Below, one piece after another: positions 39,001 to 50,587 of a stretch of 64,000 nucleotides of DNA. Every line of letters starts with the position of its first letter. Within the stretch, counting starts at the first letter, position 1. Below the pieces are notes generated by a model, which searched no databases, was not told where the DNA came from, and saw only the letters and a program-made list of their open reading frames with translations. Source of the stretch: Trichoplax sp. H2. Lineage: Eukaryota. The stretch covers positions 682,001 to 746,000 of the forward strand of contig NOWV01000017.1 of assembly GCA_003344405.1 (NCBI GenBank). The letters run 5' to 3'. The translations under genes and the position numbers were made by a program.

Positions 39001-42000
39001 AGACTTTAAGCCATCTTCTTAATTTTATTTTGTAACAAATCATAACCTGTACTTCAGTGGCGTTGGCATAACCTCCCATTGTAATTGGGACAGAAAATTG
39101 CTCCATAAATACTGGTAATGTGCCAAGTTTACCAGGAAAAACGAAATCGAATAATGACCATAGATCACGTAGATTATTTTGCATAGGGGTACCGGTAAGA
39201 ATGACTCGATGTGGTGTTCTAACCTATTTCAACATTTAAAATGTTTGTATAAAAGAGTTATTAACTCGAAGAATTGTAAAAGAATTGGATACTGCCTTTA
39301 TCGCATCTAGAAAATTGAAATCAATTTTAAGTTTAACAAGCCTGTTTTATTGCTATTGTGATTTCTGCATCAGGATTACGAATTTTATGTCCTTCATCGA
39401 GAAATACATATTCCCAAGGCTTTTGAGCAAGGAGGGTCTGGTATATGCGAACATGACTGTAGGTTGTAATTAAGATGCCTCTCGAATAGACTATGTCTTT
39501 GACTAACGACTCCTAATGTAGTGAAAAATAAGACATCAAATTAAATATTGTACAGTGTACTACAGAATTATATCGCTATAGTTACCGTAAGTAAGTTACA
39601 GTAACTTACTAATGAGCCAGCATAAGAGCCAGTCTCATGAAATATAGCTATTCTAAATGGCGGCCACCATTTATGAAATTCTGCAACCCATTGTTCAAGA
39701 ACTGTCGCCGGACATACAATTAGTACTGGCCCTAATCCAGTATACCTTAATAACAGAAATAAAATCGATAAAATAATCTATCAACTCTGTCGTCTTACAG
39801 TACGTAACAAATTGACTGCTAGACTCTAGTTGGCTTACTTTCCATGGCGTTGGGGTAATTTACTATATTTTAGAGCAGCCAAAAAAGCAATAACCTGTAT
39901 GGTTTTGCCTAAACCCATTTCATCCCCAATTATTCCACCAGCGTCTTGTCTATGTAGTTCCCACATCCAACGGACACCGTCTTGCTGATATCTTTTAGAT
40001 TAATTCAGATTTTTATTTTAGTTACAGGTACTAAAATTGTATCCTTCATTAAAAACATGAACACATAAGTAATTTTAATGGCTAATATACTTGAACAATT
40101 TTTTCCAGATGCCACCAGGTACGGACAGACCACCATCTAAAACCATATCGTAAGCATTGTCGAAACAATTTATGAATGAACTATAATCACTCTTGCTAGT
40201 AATTTGACCGACATCATTGCCTTCCACAGCATCTAGAAGTTGGTTATAAGCCTGAAAGCGTTCTTTATATAACCTATTATTATTATTTAGGGGTACCGGT
40301 AATGTAAGTTTTAGATGATATAAGTACTCGTATATAAATAAAGTTCACATGTCAGCTATTCATTCATTAAATTACAGTTAGTTCGTATTCTCAAACATAC
40401 CTTATTCGAGTTCGATAGACATCCTTGTAGGCATCATCGATACATTTATCTTGTGTAGATATAATTCGCTTTCTGCTTAGCTGATGTAGTGATATAGGTT
40501 CATCTTGGTATTGTTTGTCTTTCGTATCCATTTTATTCTTTTTATCATTTTTAATGGGCGTACAAGTGCCGGAACGTTTTTCCTTACGGCGGCGCTTTTT
40601 GCTTTCATCGCTATCATAGAAGCTATCCAAGCATATAAAAAAATGTAAGCGTTAGCTACCGCTTGCTATTAGTAAAGTGTTACTACCTAGATATAAAATT
40701 AAACGTAATTTTTATATACCTGTCTGCTAACTCTTTACTATTAGGTACATATTCATCGCTATCGGCTCCTTGATCCTCAAAATCCGAACCGCTAGTATCC
40801 CTTAAACTACGAGAACGATCTATCTTTGTAATCTTATTCTTTTTACGCTTATTTGATAAGGCACTTGGTAGTTCCTTATCGATCTCATTTTTATCGGGTA
40901 CATTATTAGAAGAGTCTGGTTCAATTATGACTTGACTTTGATCGGCAGTATTATTTGTAGAATTTATATCGATATCACCGTCGTCTAGCCAATTCTTATA
41001 AAAGGTATCATTGAGGGACATATCATCGCCAAGCTCACCCAATACCGTTTCGATCATTTCATCGGAAACAGATACATCATCACTTGTAAATTTCTCATCA
41101 GGTATAGTATAAGACAAGGTTTGTTCACGTTGTTTTTGTAATAACTCTAATTTGTTATTAACGTCATTGCTAGAATCTCCTACGAGAGGTATAGTATAAA
41201 AATTGATAAAGTTCGGATTATTTTTCTTTCGAAGTTAATTTAATAGACTATGATGAGTATTATATCAGGCTAAATTCTACAATATAGCATAAAATCTGAT
41301 CATCATCGAATGGAGCAGTAATGATAATTAACCAAAAAAGTGCAAGTAGCATAGCATGCAACAGCATCTATCAATTTCTATAACGATTTGCGAGTAATTC
41401 GTATCATACTATAGCAAATTAATTCTATAATTAATATAAACAATTGTTAAAACGGTTTCTTGGAAAGTTCTATTTGACATTATGTAAAGTAGAATCGTGG
41501 TGCTGTCAGCACATGCTAAATACAGTATGGACTGACCGCTACACTCGTCGTTTAAAGTATTGCTGCTTTCAGTGTTTTCTTTCTCCAGTACAGACAATTT
41601 TTCATTTAATTCATTCTCTTGATTTCTTAAATTTTCAAGCTAAAGTATGAATGCAGTAAAGGGCATATAAAATATTAAAGGAAAACTTACACACAGTATA
41701 ATACACTTACACTTATTTATAAACGTTTATATATGCATGTAATATCTACGTCCGAGAAGCATCATATGTTGTATTTCAATAGATGATTTTGATTCTCATC
41801 ATATATCGATACGATACTTTAATTAAACAACGTTTTATTATTATGTATTCAATCTTACCGTCGACATTACGTTGGATCTTACATGTTCATCTTTAACCGT
41901 CGCTAGTTGCTGATGGCGTTTCCTTATGATTAATCACAATTGGATTAGAATTTCTCGACTAACATTTGCAATATTATAGTGGTGACAATATGACTAGGTA

Positions 42001-42676
42001 GGTATTACAAGTAACAAACACTATAAGAAATCTTATTTCTCGAATCCCTGTATTGATACATTCTGTTTTAAGGATGATCTAAGTCAAATAAAAAAGTGTC
42101 CTCTCTTTCGTATTACCAATATAGTCAATTCCTAAAACTCCCGTTATAACATGATTAATACTATCCTGTCGAAATGTTCCTGTCTGAACTGTATTTGATC
42201 TATCACAAGGAAGAGACTGAATTTAAAGCTAGTTACCTTTAATTCTGTCCACTACTATCATGCGTGTAGATTGATATTCATTAAGTTTTCTAAGTATCTG
42301 TACATCCTCTATTAGATCGATAGAGCTATTATTACGAAGAATTATAATTACATTATTGCGGGTGTAGATGCTATAGGGGCATGTAATATACAATCTATTG
42401 CATGGGTTACCTCATCGTTTCTTGAAGAATTTGCAATTGAGATTGGACTTTCTCTTTCTCAGCTAGCACTTCTTCCGCTTTGATTGCTTGTGCAATTTGA
42501 TTAATAAGATTTTGCTCATAATCAGAATGGTTAAAAACGGTTAAGCCAAGGGCTTTTAGCTGTTGTTGGCCATCAGCATGTGGATTGTCGACTTGTATTG
42601 TTGTATCATTTTGGATGATTTCATCGATATCTGCCTGATGACTACAGCTTGGTTGCATGTCTTGTTGATACTCCAT
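36056..42676 (-). CDS. ERCC6: ERCC6/CSB/Rad26 SNF2-family transcription-coupled repair ATPase, multi-exon
   Basis: Motifs: [108 protein letters not shown] and a C-terminal winged-helix (GVWVLKAQY). Exons between ~41200 and 42400 are not fully resolved. Confidence 0.93.
39224..39341 (-). other. GC-AG intron in ERCC6
   Basis: Joining IAIKQ|VRTPHRV in phase 0 requires the donor CAG|GCTTGT; the nearby GT alternative creates a stop. Confidence 0.65.
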
Positions 42677-43224
42677 GATGAATCTGTCTCTCTCTCCTAC
42701 TTGTCTATAATTAATTAATTGATGGTGAGAGTTTTCCAGTTCCAACAGACAGATCCGATGGTCTGCAGGTTGCAATGACAACCGCGATGATGTCAATGTT
42801 GCTCAATTCGTCTCCAATTTGAATATTGAAACTTTCAAAGAATGGATAAATAGACAATCCTCAATTACCAGCAATAACGATAGCTTACTTATGGAATAGA
42901 TGCAGCCTTAATGATGAATGAAATCGGTCTTAACTCTATTAATCATGGCCAGGAATGGAGTTTTCCGTCCAAGTTGAAGTTTCCAAGACAGGAATAGACA
43001 TGATTTGAAGAAGGATTTTGCTCCTATACTCAACGGTCTCAGTCTATGGTATAATACACTCGTCGGTGTTCTATACAGTACACAGTATGGACATTCATTC
43101 TACTGACTAAGTTAAAGGGACACTTATGGGAATCTCTACAGTACACACACTGTAGCATTGCCATAGTACTGTGCACTGTACACTGTACAGTATAGTACAA
43201 GCGAGCACCGAATGATGTCATTTC

Positions 43225-43835
43225 CAGACTGGCCATCCCAGATATCCAGCTATGGCCATGATGCAAAACATTGTTGCAATCAGCATATAGTACAGTTAAA
43301 TATTGGTAAATATTCTGTTGTTCTTTCGACACATGCAGCATCATGATCTGCCATGAGAACATACTGTAATGGCTAAATCAATGCAGTACACTATACTGTA
43401 GAGTTCTTCGTAGTGTACTCTAATCAGACTGGCTATCACAGATATCCAGCTATGGCCATGATGCAAAACATTGTTGCAATCAACAAGCATACAGTACAGT
43501 TAAATATTGGTAAATATTCTGTTGCTCTTTCGACACATGCAGCATCATGATCTGCCATGAGAACATACTGTAATGGCTAAATCCATGCAGTACACTATAC
43601 TGTAGAGTTCGTCGTAGTGTACTCTAATCAGACTGGCCATCCCAGATATCCAGCTATGGCCATGATGCAAAACATTGCAATCAGCATACAGTACTGTACA
43701 GTTAAATATTGGTAAATATTCTGTTGCTCTTTCGACACATGCAGCATCATGATCTGCCATGAGAATATACTGTAATGGCTAAATCCATGCAGTACACTAT
43801 ACTGTACTGTAGAGTTCGTCGTAGAGTACTCTAAT
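43225..43835. repeat. Tandem repeat, three copies of a ~200-205 bp unit
   Basis: Units begin CAGACTGGC(C/T)ATC at 43225, 43425 and 43629. They are near-identical, differing by a few substitutions and small indels. Confidence 0.95.
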
Positions 43836-43915
43836 CTACAGTACAATACAATACACGAGTAGTATATCACTGATGATGTCTGCACGCAGCTAAAACCTAC
43901 ATCGTTGTAACAAAC

Positions 43916-45326
43916 ATGAGGAGGAGCTCGCGATTACTTGTAAGACAAATTGCCAGCCAAACTACCCATCAAAACAATATACCAGCTGCAATCACTTCTA
44001 AAAAAAGGAAAAACAACGAAGAAACAAGCCGTAGCAAAGCCAAACTAGCTAAGAAAGAGAGTAAAAAACAATCCTCTGTGAATCATCATCATCATCATGC
44101 CAGTGATGACCTCAAGACTAGTCCACAAACCAAGAAAACGAAAACATCCAACAAGAAAGAGAAAAAGGTAAAGGATAATAGCAGCCTACACGAGAACAAC
44201 CATCCATTACGTTACCAGAAATGGCTTGGAGGTCATATGTCTATCAGTGGCGGCTTATATAATGCTGCTATTGATGCACATCAAACAGGTGCTGGTGCTT
44301 TTGGACTCTTTCTGCGCAATCAACGTCAATGGGATAGTAAACCGTTACTGGATGAGGCTGCCAATCAATTTCAACAAGTTTGTAAGGAGATGAAGTTTAC
44401 ACCCTGGCAAATATTACCTCATGGATCTTATTTAATGAATTGTGGCTCACCCAATCCTGATACCTTACAAAAGAGTCGCAATGCTTTAATTGATGAATTA
44501 AAGCGTTGCGAAAAATTAGGTTTAATGTTATATAATTTTCATCCTGGATCATCCCGTGGCGAAATATCTCGTACGGAATGTATACAGCTTATTGCTGAAA
44601 GTATCAACATTGCTCACCGGGCTACTAACAAAGTCATTACCGTCATTGAGAATATGAGCAACCAGAAAAATGTCATTGGTGGCTCTTTTGAAGAATTAGC
44701 CGAAATTATTAATCGTGTTGACGATAAATCTCGAGTTGGTGTCTGTCTCGATACATGTCATACATTTGCTGCTGGTAAGCTTGCCAAATTTTTGAACTGT
44801 AAACTATATTTAATAATCTTGTCTATAGGAGCTTATGAGTAGGGTCATGGACATCGTGGTAACCAGATAGTGTATCGAAATTACTGTAGATGTGCTATAA
44901 ATTCTACTATTTATATGTTTAAGCTCAATTACCCTTTTCCTAAGTCGTAACTATTTAATTAAATTGTTATAAAATTGACCAATCTAGATATTAAAGAGCT
45001 ATAGATCGATTAAACATGGTATCATTCTCTTGGTAGGTTACGACATAGCAAGTAAAAAAGGCTATAAGAAAACTATGGATGAGTTTGATAGTGTAGTAGG
45101 CTTTCAATACTTGCGTGCTATGCATATTAATGATTCCAAAGGTGAATTAGGTTGCCACTTAGATCGACATGAAAATATTGGCAAGGGAAAGATTGGCCTC
45201 AAGGCTTTCAAGCTAATTATGAACGATTCAAGGTTAAACAATATACCTATGATATTAGAAACACCATCTAGATTTGAGATGAACTACAACGACGAAATCA
45301 AGTTATTGTACTCATTGTGCGATTAA
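43916..45326 (+). CDS. APN1: Endonuclease IV family AP endonuclease (Nfo/Apn1); exons 43916-44774 and 45037-45326
   Basis: Motifs GGHMSISGG, PHGSYLMN, NFHPG, IENM, VCLDTCHTFAAG|YDI, MHINDSK, DRHENIG and ILETP together supply all nine tri-zinc ligand positions known for the Nfo family. One GT-AG intron, 44775-45036. Confidence 0.95.
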
Positions 45327-46083
45327 AAATATAAGTATACACATTTTACATGATATACTGTAGATGTGTTCATCTTATACTGTAGGTCATGATATCACAC
45401 TAATCACAGTTCAATTCACAATCCATATATACGCACCATATACGGCAAGTAATTATATAAGTTGATAGATTGATAAACGGTAAGTTATCTTTTGTTGCAC
45501 TATTGTGTAATTTCAATTCAGAACAAAGTTGTAATTTATATTTATATCACACAGCCAACTAATATTTTAAAGCATCGATTTTATTATGAAGTATACGACG
45601 TACAATTTATATACTTGTCTTTATACATATAATATTCGAGAATTAAAATTAAATTAATTACTTTCTTTACCAAATATATAATAATTATTATTACTTTATA
45701 GTATAAATATGTCTATTTTAAAAAATCTGATCATAAATCATTTCGTAATTCCTATTAATAAATGTCAATTCTCAAACTCCATAAAGATAAATTGTTACAT
45801 TAAGACGCTATGTTGCTTTTTTGCTATATTAAAAACTTGAGCTGTTTTTTGTTAAACTTATGTTTAATTCAAAGATAGCGCCCAATAAATGGTTTAAAAT
45901 AAATAGATGAAAAATTACGATCATAACTTAAAATGGTTGCTGAGTAATACATTTTTGCTATACAATACAATACAAATTCTCAGCGGTTTAGTAATAATAA
46001 TTACAATTGCGAAAGTCACTAAGGATTCTATCATTTCGAATTCACTCCTTCGCTTTCATAGAAGAAATCTTTAAAGGGAGTAT

Positions 46084-49000
46084 TTAATCCTTATCGATAA
46101 CTAAAGTCGGTAATGTTTTACCACCATTGCATAATATAGAATATACCATGCGAAAGAGTTCATAAAAATCTCTAGCAGGTTAAAATTAAATGGAGTAAAT
46201 CATAATCTTATTTCTCTAGTCAATATTTCAATAAATCGATACAATCACCAAAATCACACTCTGAGTTTCAGTACTTACTTGCTATTCGGATCCATACATT
46301 TTATTAATGGGACCGTATTGGTTGCAATTTCCTGAAATGGAAATATATAATCATCAATATAAATTATGAGGTTATGTATTATTCAGATACCTGATGCAGT
46401 CCTATTATTACGCGTAATCGTCTTCTTTCGCAGTAGTACCTTTTCAATTTTTCCTTGCATATATGTAGCTTGTGCTTCATGATAAAGGTCTAATAACTTA
46501 CTTAATTCCTGATCGTTGATGAAGATGTAGTGAAACTTAATACAGTGTAAATCAATACCATTATATTACTGAAGTATATTACAGCAAAATAGTATAGTAA
46601 TAATTTACCGCCATGGTAGAATATGATATATATTTTCCTGAATTAGAAGTCTCATCGCCTTTGCTTGTTCTCAATTGATTTAAAAGATCTAATTAGTAGT
46701 ACATTAATTGATTAATTACACTCCAGTTTTTCTTATGATAGACCAAAGCAATACTTATAAACATGCTACGAAAGAGCTACGTGAGCAAGTTAATCCTAAA
46801 TCTTATAGTATAACTGTCAAAAACGCGATAAAAATATACCTGAGGTATCTTTAGTAAGCGGCAACCATTGATTTGGAATTACTTTATCCTTATGTTTATC
46901 ATTACTATCCAATAAATCTCGATATCAAGATCAACTTAAAAGTTAGTATAAATGACTACCGTACAGTTAAGTAGCAAAATCATAATTACTAAATCATTTA
47001 CTAATCCTTAAAGAATTCATCATCATAAAAAAATTACCATTGACGGTGTTATGTACAGCAAGTGCACTATTGCAGTTGTTGCATTTACAATGGGTATAAA
47101 GGAGTTTTTCATCTATAAAATTAGGAACGAGTACTATGCTATTACTTAAACCGCTTTTAGATAAATGAATAGCTCTTTACAGTATCATACCTTTAATTAT
47201 CTCCATACTTTCTGCATGTAGATCCCTAGCATCGGCACAAAATTGTTGAAAAGCTTGAGACAAGAACGGTGAGTGAATTTTCATTTCTTCATCTATTTTT
47301 AGTATAAAAGGCACACTACATACAGTTGTTTATGAAACAGCATTGATAATACTGTATAGATTCAACCTTCTTTAATATTTTCTACGAAATGATCTACATC
47401 TTCCATAAACAGTTTGTGTTTGGTAATACAAAACTTGGATAATTTTTGTAAATCGTCAAATCCAGCCACTGAACTTGGTGTGTCAAACTTGAAAATTAAA
47501 TGTTAAGGAGAAGAAATAAGAGATGAAGTAATTTCTAAACATACGAAGGTTTGCTAAAATAATATACAGGAGATAGTATCTGTAGATACAGTTGACTCCA
47601 AGCGTGAGATAAAGTTTTCTTTCGTTTCAATATCAGCCATTTCACAAGTCTTTTTAATCTCTTCTTGTAGCCTTATCAACAAAACAGAAGAACATTGCAT
47701 GGTATAAAACTGAATGTGTTTACAAATAGATATATGTTACTATTTAAAATGGTATAAGGACGAAAAATAATGCTAACTGCCTAAATTTATGGCATTGTCG
47801 CCTAAATTTGCTGGTGATGATTGTCTTGTCCAATCTATGTTAAGCAATTATTGGAGATACAATTTCAATTAAAAGCTAAATTATATGGCTGGACTGCAAT
47901 TTTTCATGTAAACATCCTATAATTATAAATTGTTTAACTATATATTACTGTAATATTTTAGCCTCGTTCACTTCGTATTCTAGAAGTTTACGATTCTGTT
48001 TTTTAGGCTTAACAGCAGCAGTTGATACCACTGGATTTTCTTTTTTTTCATTGATAACCAATACTTTATCCGTCGATGTACTACCGTTAGATACTTTAAT
48101 ACGTTGTGATGAAGCTACTCGAGCGCTAGTTTTCATTCGTTTTTTATCTTCTGAAGGCTGTACTTTTTTGCCAGTAGTTGCATGTTCTTTCTTAATAGCT
48201 GTGGACTTTGCTGTTGGTTTAGATTTTGCAATTGGCTTTGAAGCTATTATGTTACGAGACATAATTTAGTTTAGGCTCACTAACTTAATTTTATCTCGTA
48301 CGAAGTAGGGTATAATAGCTTACTGTAAATTTCGGATAAGCTCTTCTTTTTCTTATTGAATTTGCCTTTTACCTGCATAGACAAACCGATATTATTTTAC
48401 ATATTCGCTTTAATACTGTATTACGTAATAGCACAATAGTGCAGCATTCTATTTGTTATGTTCTACTTGTAATTCATTTTCAGCAATATTTGCATTTTCA
48501 ATCGCACGATTAAGTGTTTCAATAATTTCTAATTCTTCTTTTTTTCTTTCTATCGACTCTTCGCTTTCTATATGATATAGATATAGTTTAATCCATTCTT
48601 ACTAATACTGTATATAGATCATGAATGATCTCAGCATTGACCAGCTTTATACTTATTTGCAGTCAATAAAATATTACTACTATACATAGTAAATACAATG
48701 AAATATTTATCTGTTGCAGTGTATCTGTTGATATATCCACTAATTATATATAAATTATGAGATAAGGGCTGCAATAATACTAGGCCCCTATCTTATGCAA
48801 TACCTTCATCTTCTACTGGCTTATCCCGCAATGTAGGCCTTATAGAACGGGAGAGAATCGAGCATTAATATTGCTTCGAACTAAAACATTGATTTCAATA
48901 CTTAGCCGTTAACATACGCATAGTTACATAAATCAAAGGATCGATCACATTGCAATAGTTGACAAGACAGATCTAATGGACTTCGAAAGTACAGGATATA

Positions 49001-49723
49001 AACTTTTGTTACCTGATTGAAATTAATTTTTTGCAGCGCAAATAGGTTGAATTATTGAGTAATGATTGCGATTTGTCAATAGCAATGGATATCTGGTTGA
49101 TTTCTTCCTGGATCCTATATGTGAGTAAAGTTAAACGAGGTAAATCAGCAGTTGAATATTTACCCTCTTGGACAAGCATGCAATTTATGAGTATGACATA
49201 ATGGATTATTACAATATTTCTCTATTTCATTAACTACGTGAAATAATGCATATTTCTAAGTGGATAATATGAAGTGCGAGAGTGGTTTCAGGAGTAAAAT
49301 TCTGAAACGCATTTTTCCTTCTTGGATACTGAGCATTAGTTTTAACATCAACATGAGATAGTTTGATGACGAAGTACCCCAAGATATTATATTTGCAGTG
49401 TTGCATTTATAGCAAACATGGTGAATAAGTTGCGTATTTATGACAATAACACAAGTCGCTAACATTATAACTACTAGGTTAAGAACTCTGCAAGCACTGT
49501 CTTTATCGCTCAGTAGATTCATTTTTAGATAGAATCAGCCTAAAAATAGCTAATTTATCCATATTGGAAAGAATCCAGGTTTTACGACTTACAGAGATTT
49601 TGCAACATTGTCAATACTGTTATAGTCTATTAAGATCATTTACGGTACGATAAATTGATTGATTGATAGAGTAACTTACACGTTGAAGGATCTTTTGCAA
49701 TCAACTGCAAGTAATCGAGCCAT
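46084..49723 (-). CDS. TEDC2: Probable tubulin epsilon and delta complex protein 2 (C16orf59-like), multi-exon
   Basis: Spliced N-terminus MARLLAVDCKRSFNV|IQEEINQ...YLRCKKLI, then EELEIIETLNRAIENA, a low-complexity Lys-rich middle exon (~47949-48262) and C-terminus FYELFRMVYSILCNGGKTLPTLVIDKD*. These resemble recalled TEDC2 conserved blocks. Confidence 0.6.
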
Positions 49724-50587
49724 CGAAAGTGGTTAAAATATTGCAAATGTTCTAAATTATTTTAGAGCAATTTATTAGAGCAAGTTGCCTCCATGGTTGC
49801 CTTGGTTTCTTTGATCAGTTCGTAGAGTGCCTACAGTATACTGGATAGTCAACTGCAGTCACAATACTATCTAGGCGCACAGACACCACCACAGAGCCCA
49901 TAGAGAAAAAGCTTTTTCTATTATGGCCAAAATATCGAGTTTATTGCTAGTAAAATTAATGTCATCTGATTACATACAAAGAAACCCACTTACACTACAA
50001 ATTGAATTGCCCTATATGACATTAGTTTTTAGCGGTATAAGCCTCGTACGGAAGGACAGACCCCAGCTCCAATAGTTGATGATACTATACCGCACTTCAG
50101 ACAGAATTGGTAGTCAATATACCAGGTATAATGTAGCTCTTGGAACACTTGACTATAAATTTCAACTACTATCCCGAACAGTATAGTAGCTACAATACTG
50201 TCAGCACCAAGACAACGTCACGTCACACCAGCGTGCTCGTGCACTCAAGGCCCACCGGAAACGAAATCCACCATTGCATCCACGTTCCATCGGAAAATTG
50301 CTTGGAACCTGGAATTATCGTTGATAATATTGGTAACTTCCTCCATTTCTTACCTTACTGAATGCTACTGAGCTTCTGTTCTTGATCTACAGTACTATTG
50401 ATATTATACCACGGTACAACTACGAGATAGGGTATTGATTGTTGGAGGATATCTGACGACCTCGCTGCTCTTGCACAGGAAAGACCCAATTTTCTTGAAA
50501 TAGAGTTATATCTCATCACTAGACTACTTGTCGAAGTATTCTTATTAACTGTGGATATTGCATGTGCAACAGCAAATAGCGACAGTC

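Noticed and set aside
43225..43835. CRISPR-like array
   Set aside because: The units are ~200 bp and contiguous with no unique spacers, there are no cas genes, and the context is eukaryotic.
43039..43885. Three minus-strand ORFs with repeated peptides (HHGHSWISGMASL)
   Set aside because: They are translations of the 200-bp tandem repeat in shifting frames; indels between copies do not consistently preserve frame.
43916..45326. Endonuclease IV as bacterial contamination or recent horizontal transfer
   Set aside because: It has a spliceosomal intron and a eukaryotic-type N-terminal extension, and the family is known from fungi and several animal lineages.
47776..47782. Possible GC donor in the TEDC2-like gene
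   Set aside because: A canonical GT donor 3 nt further along gives the same phase.
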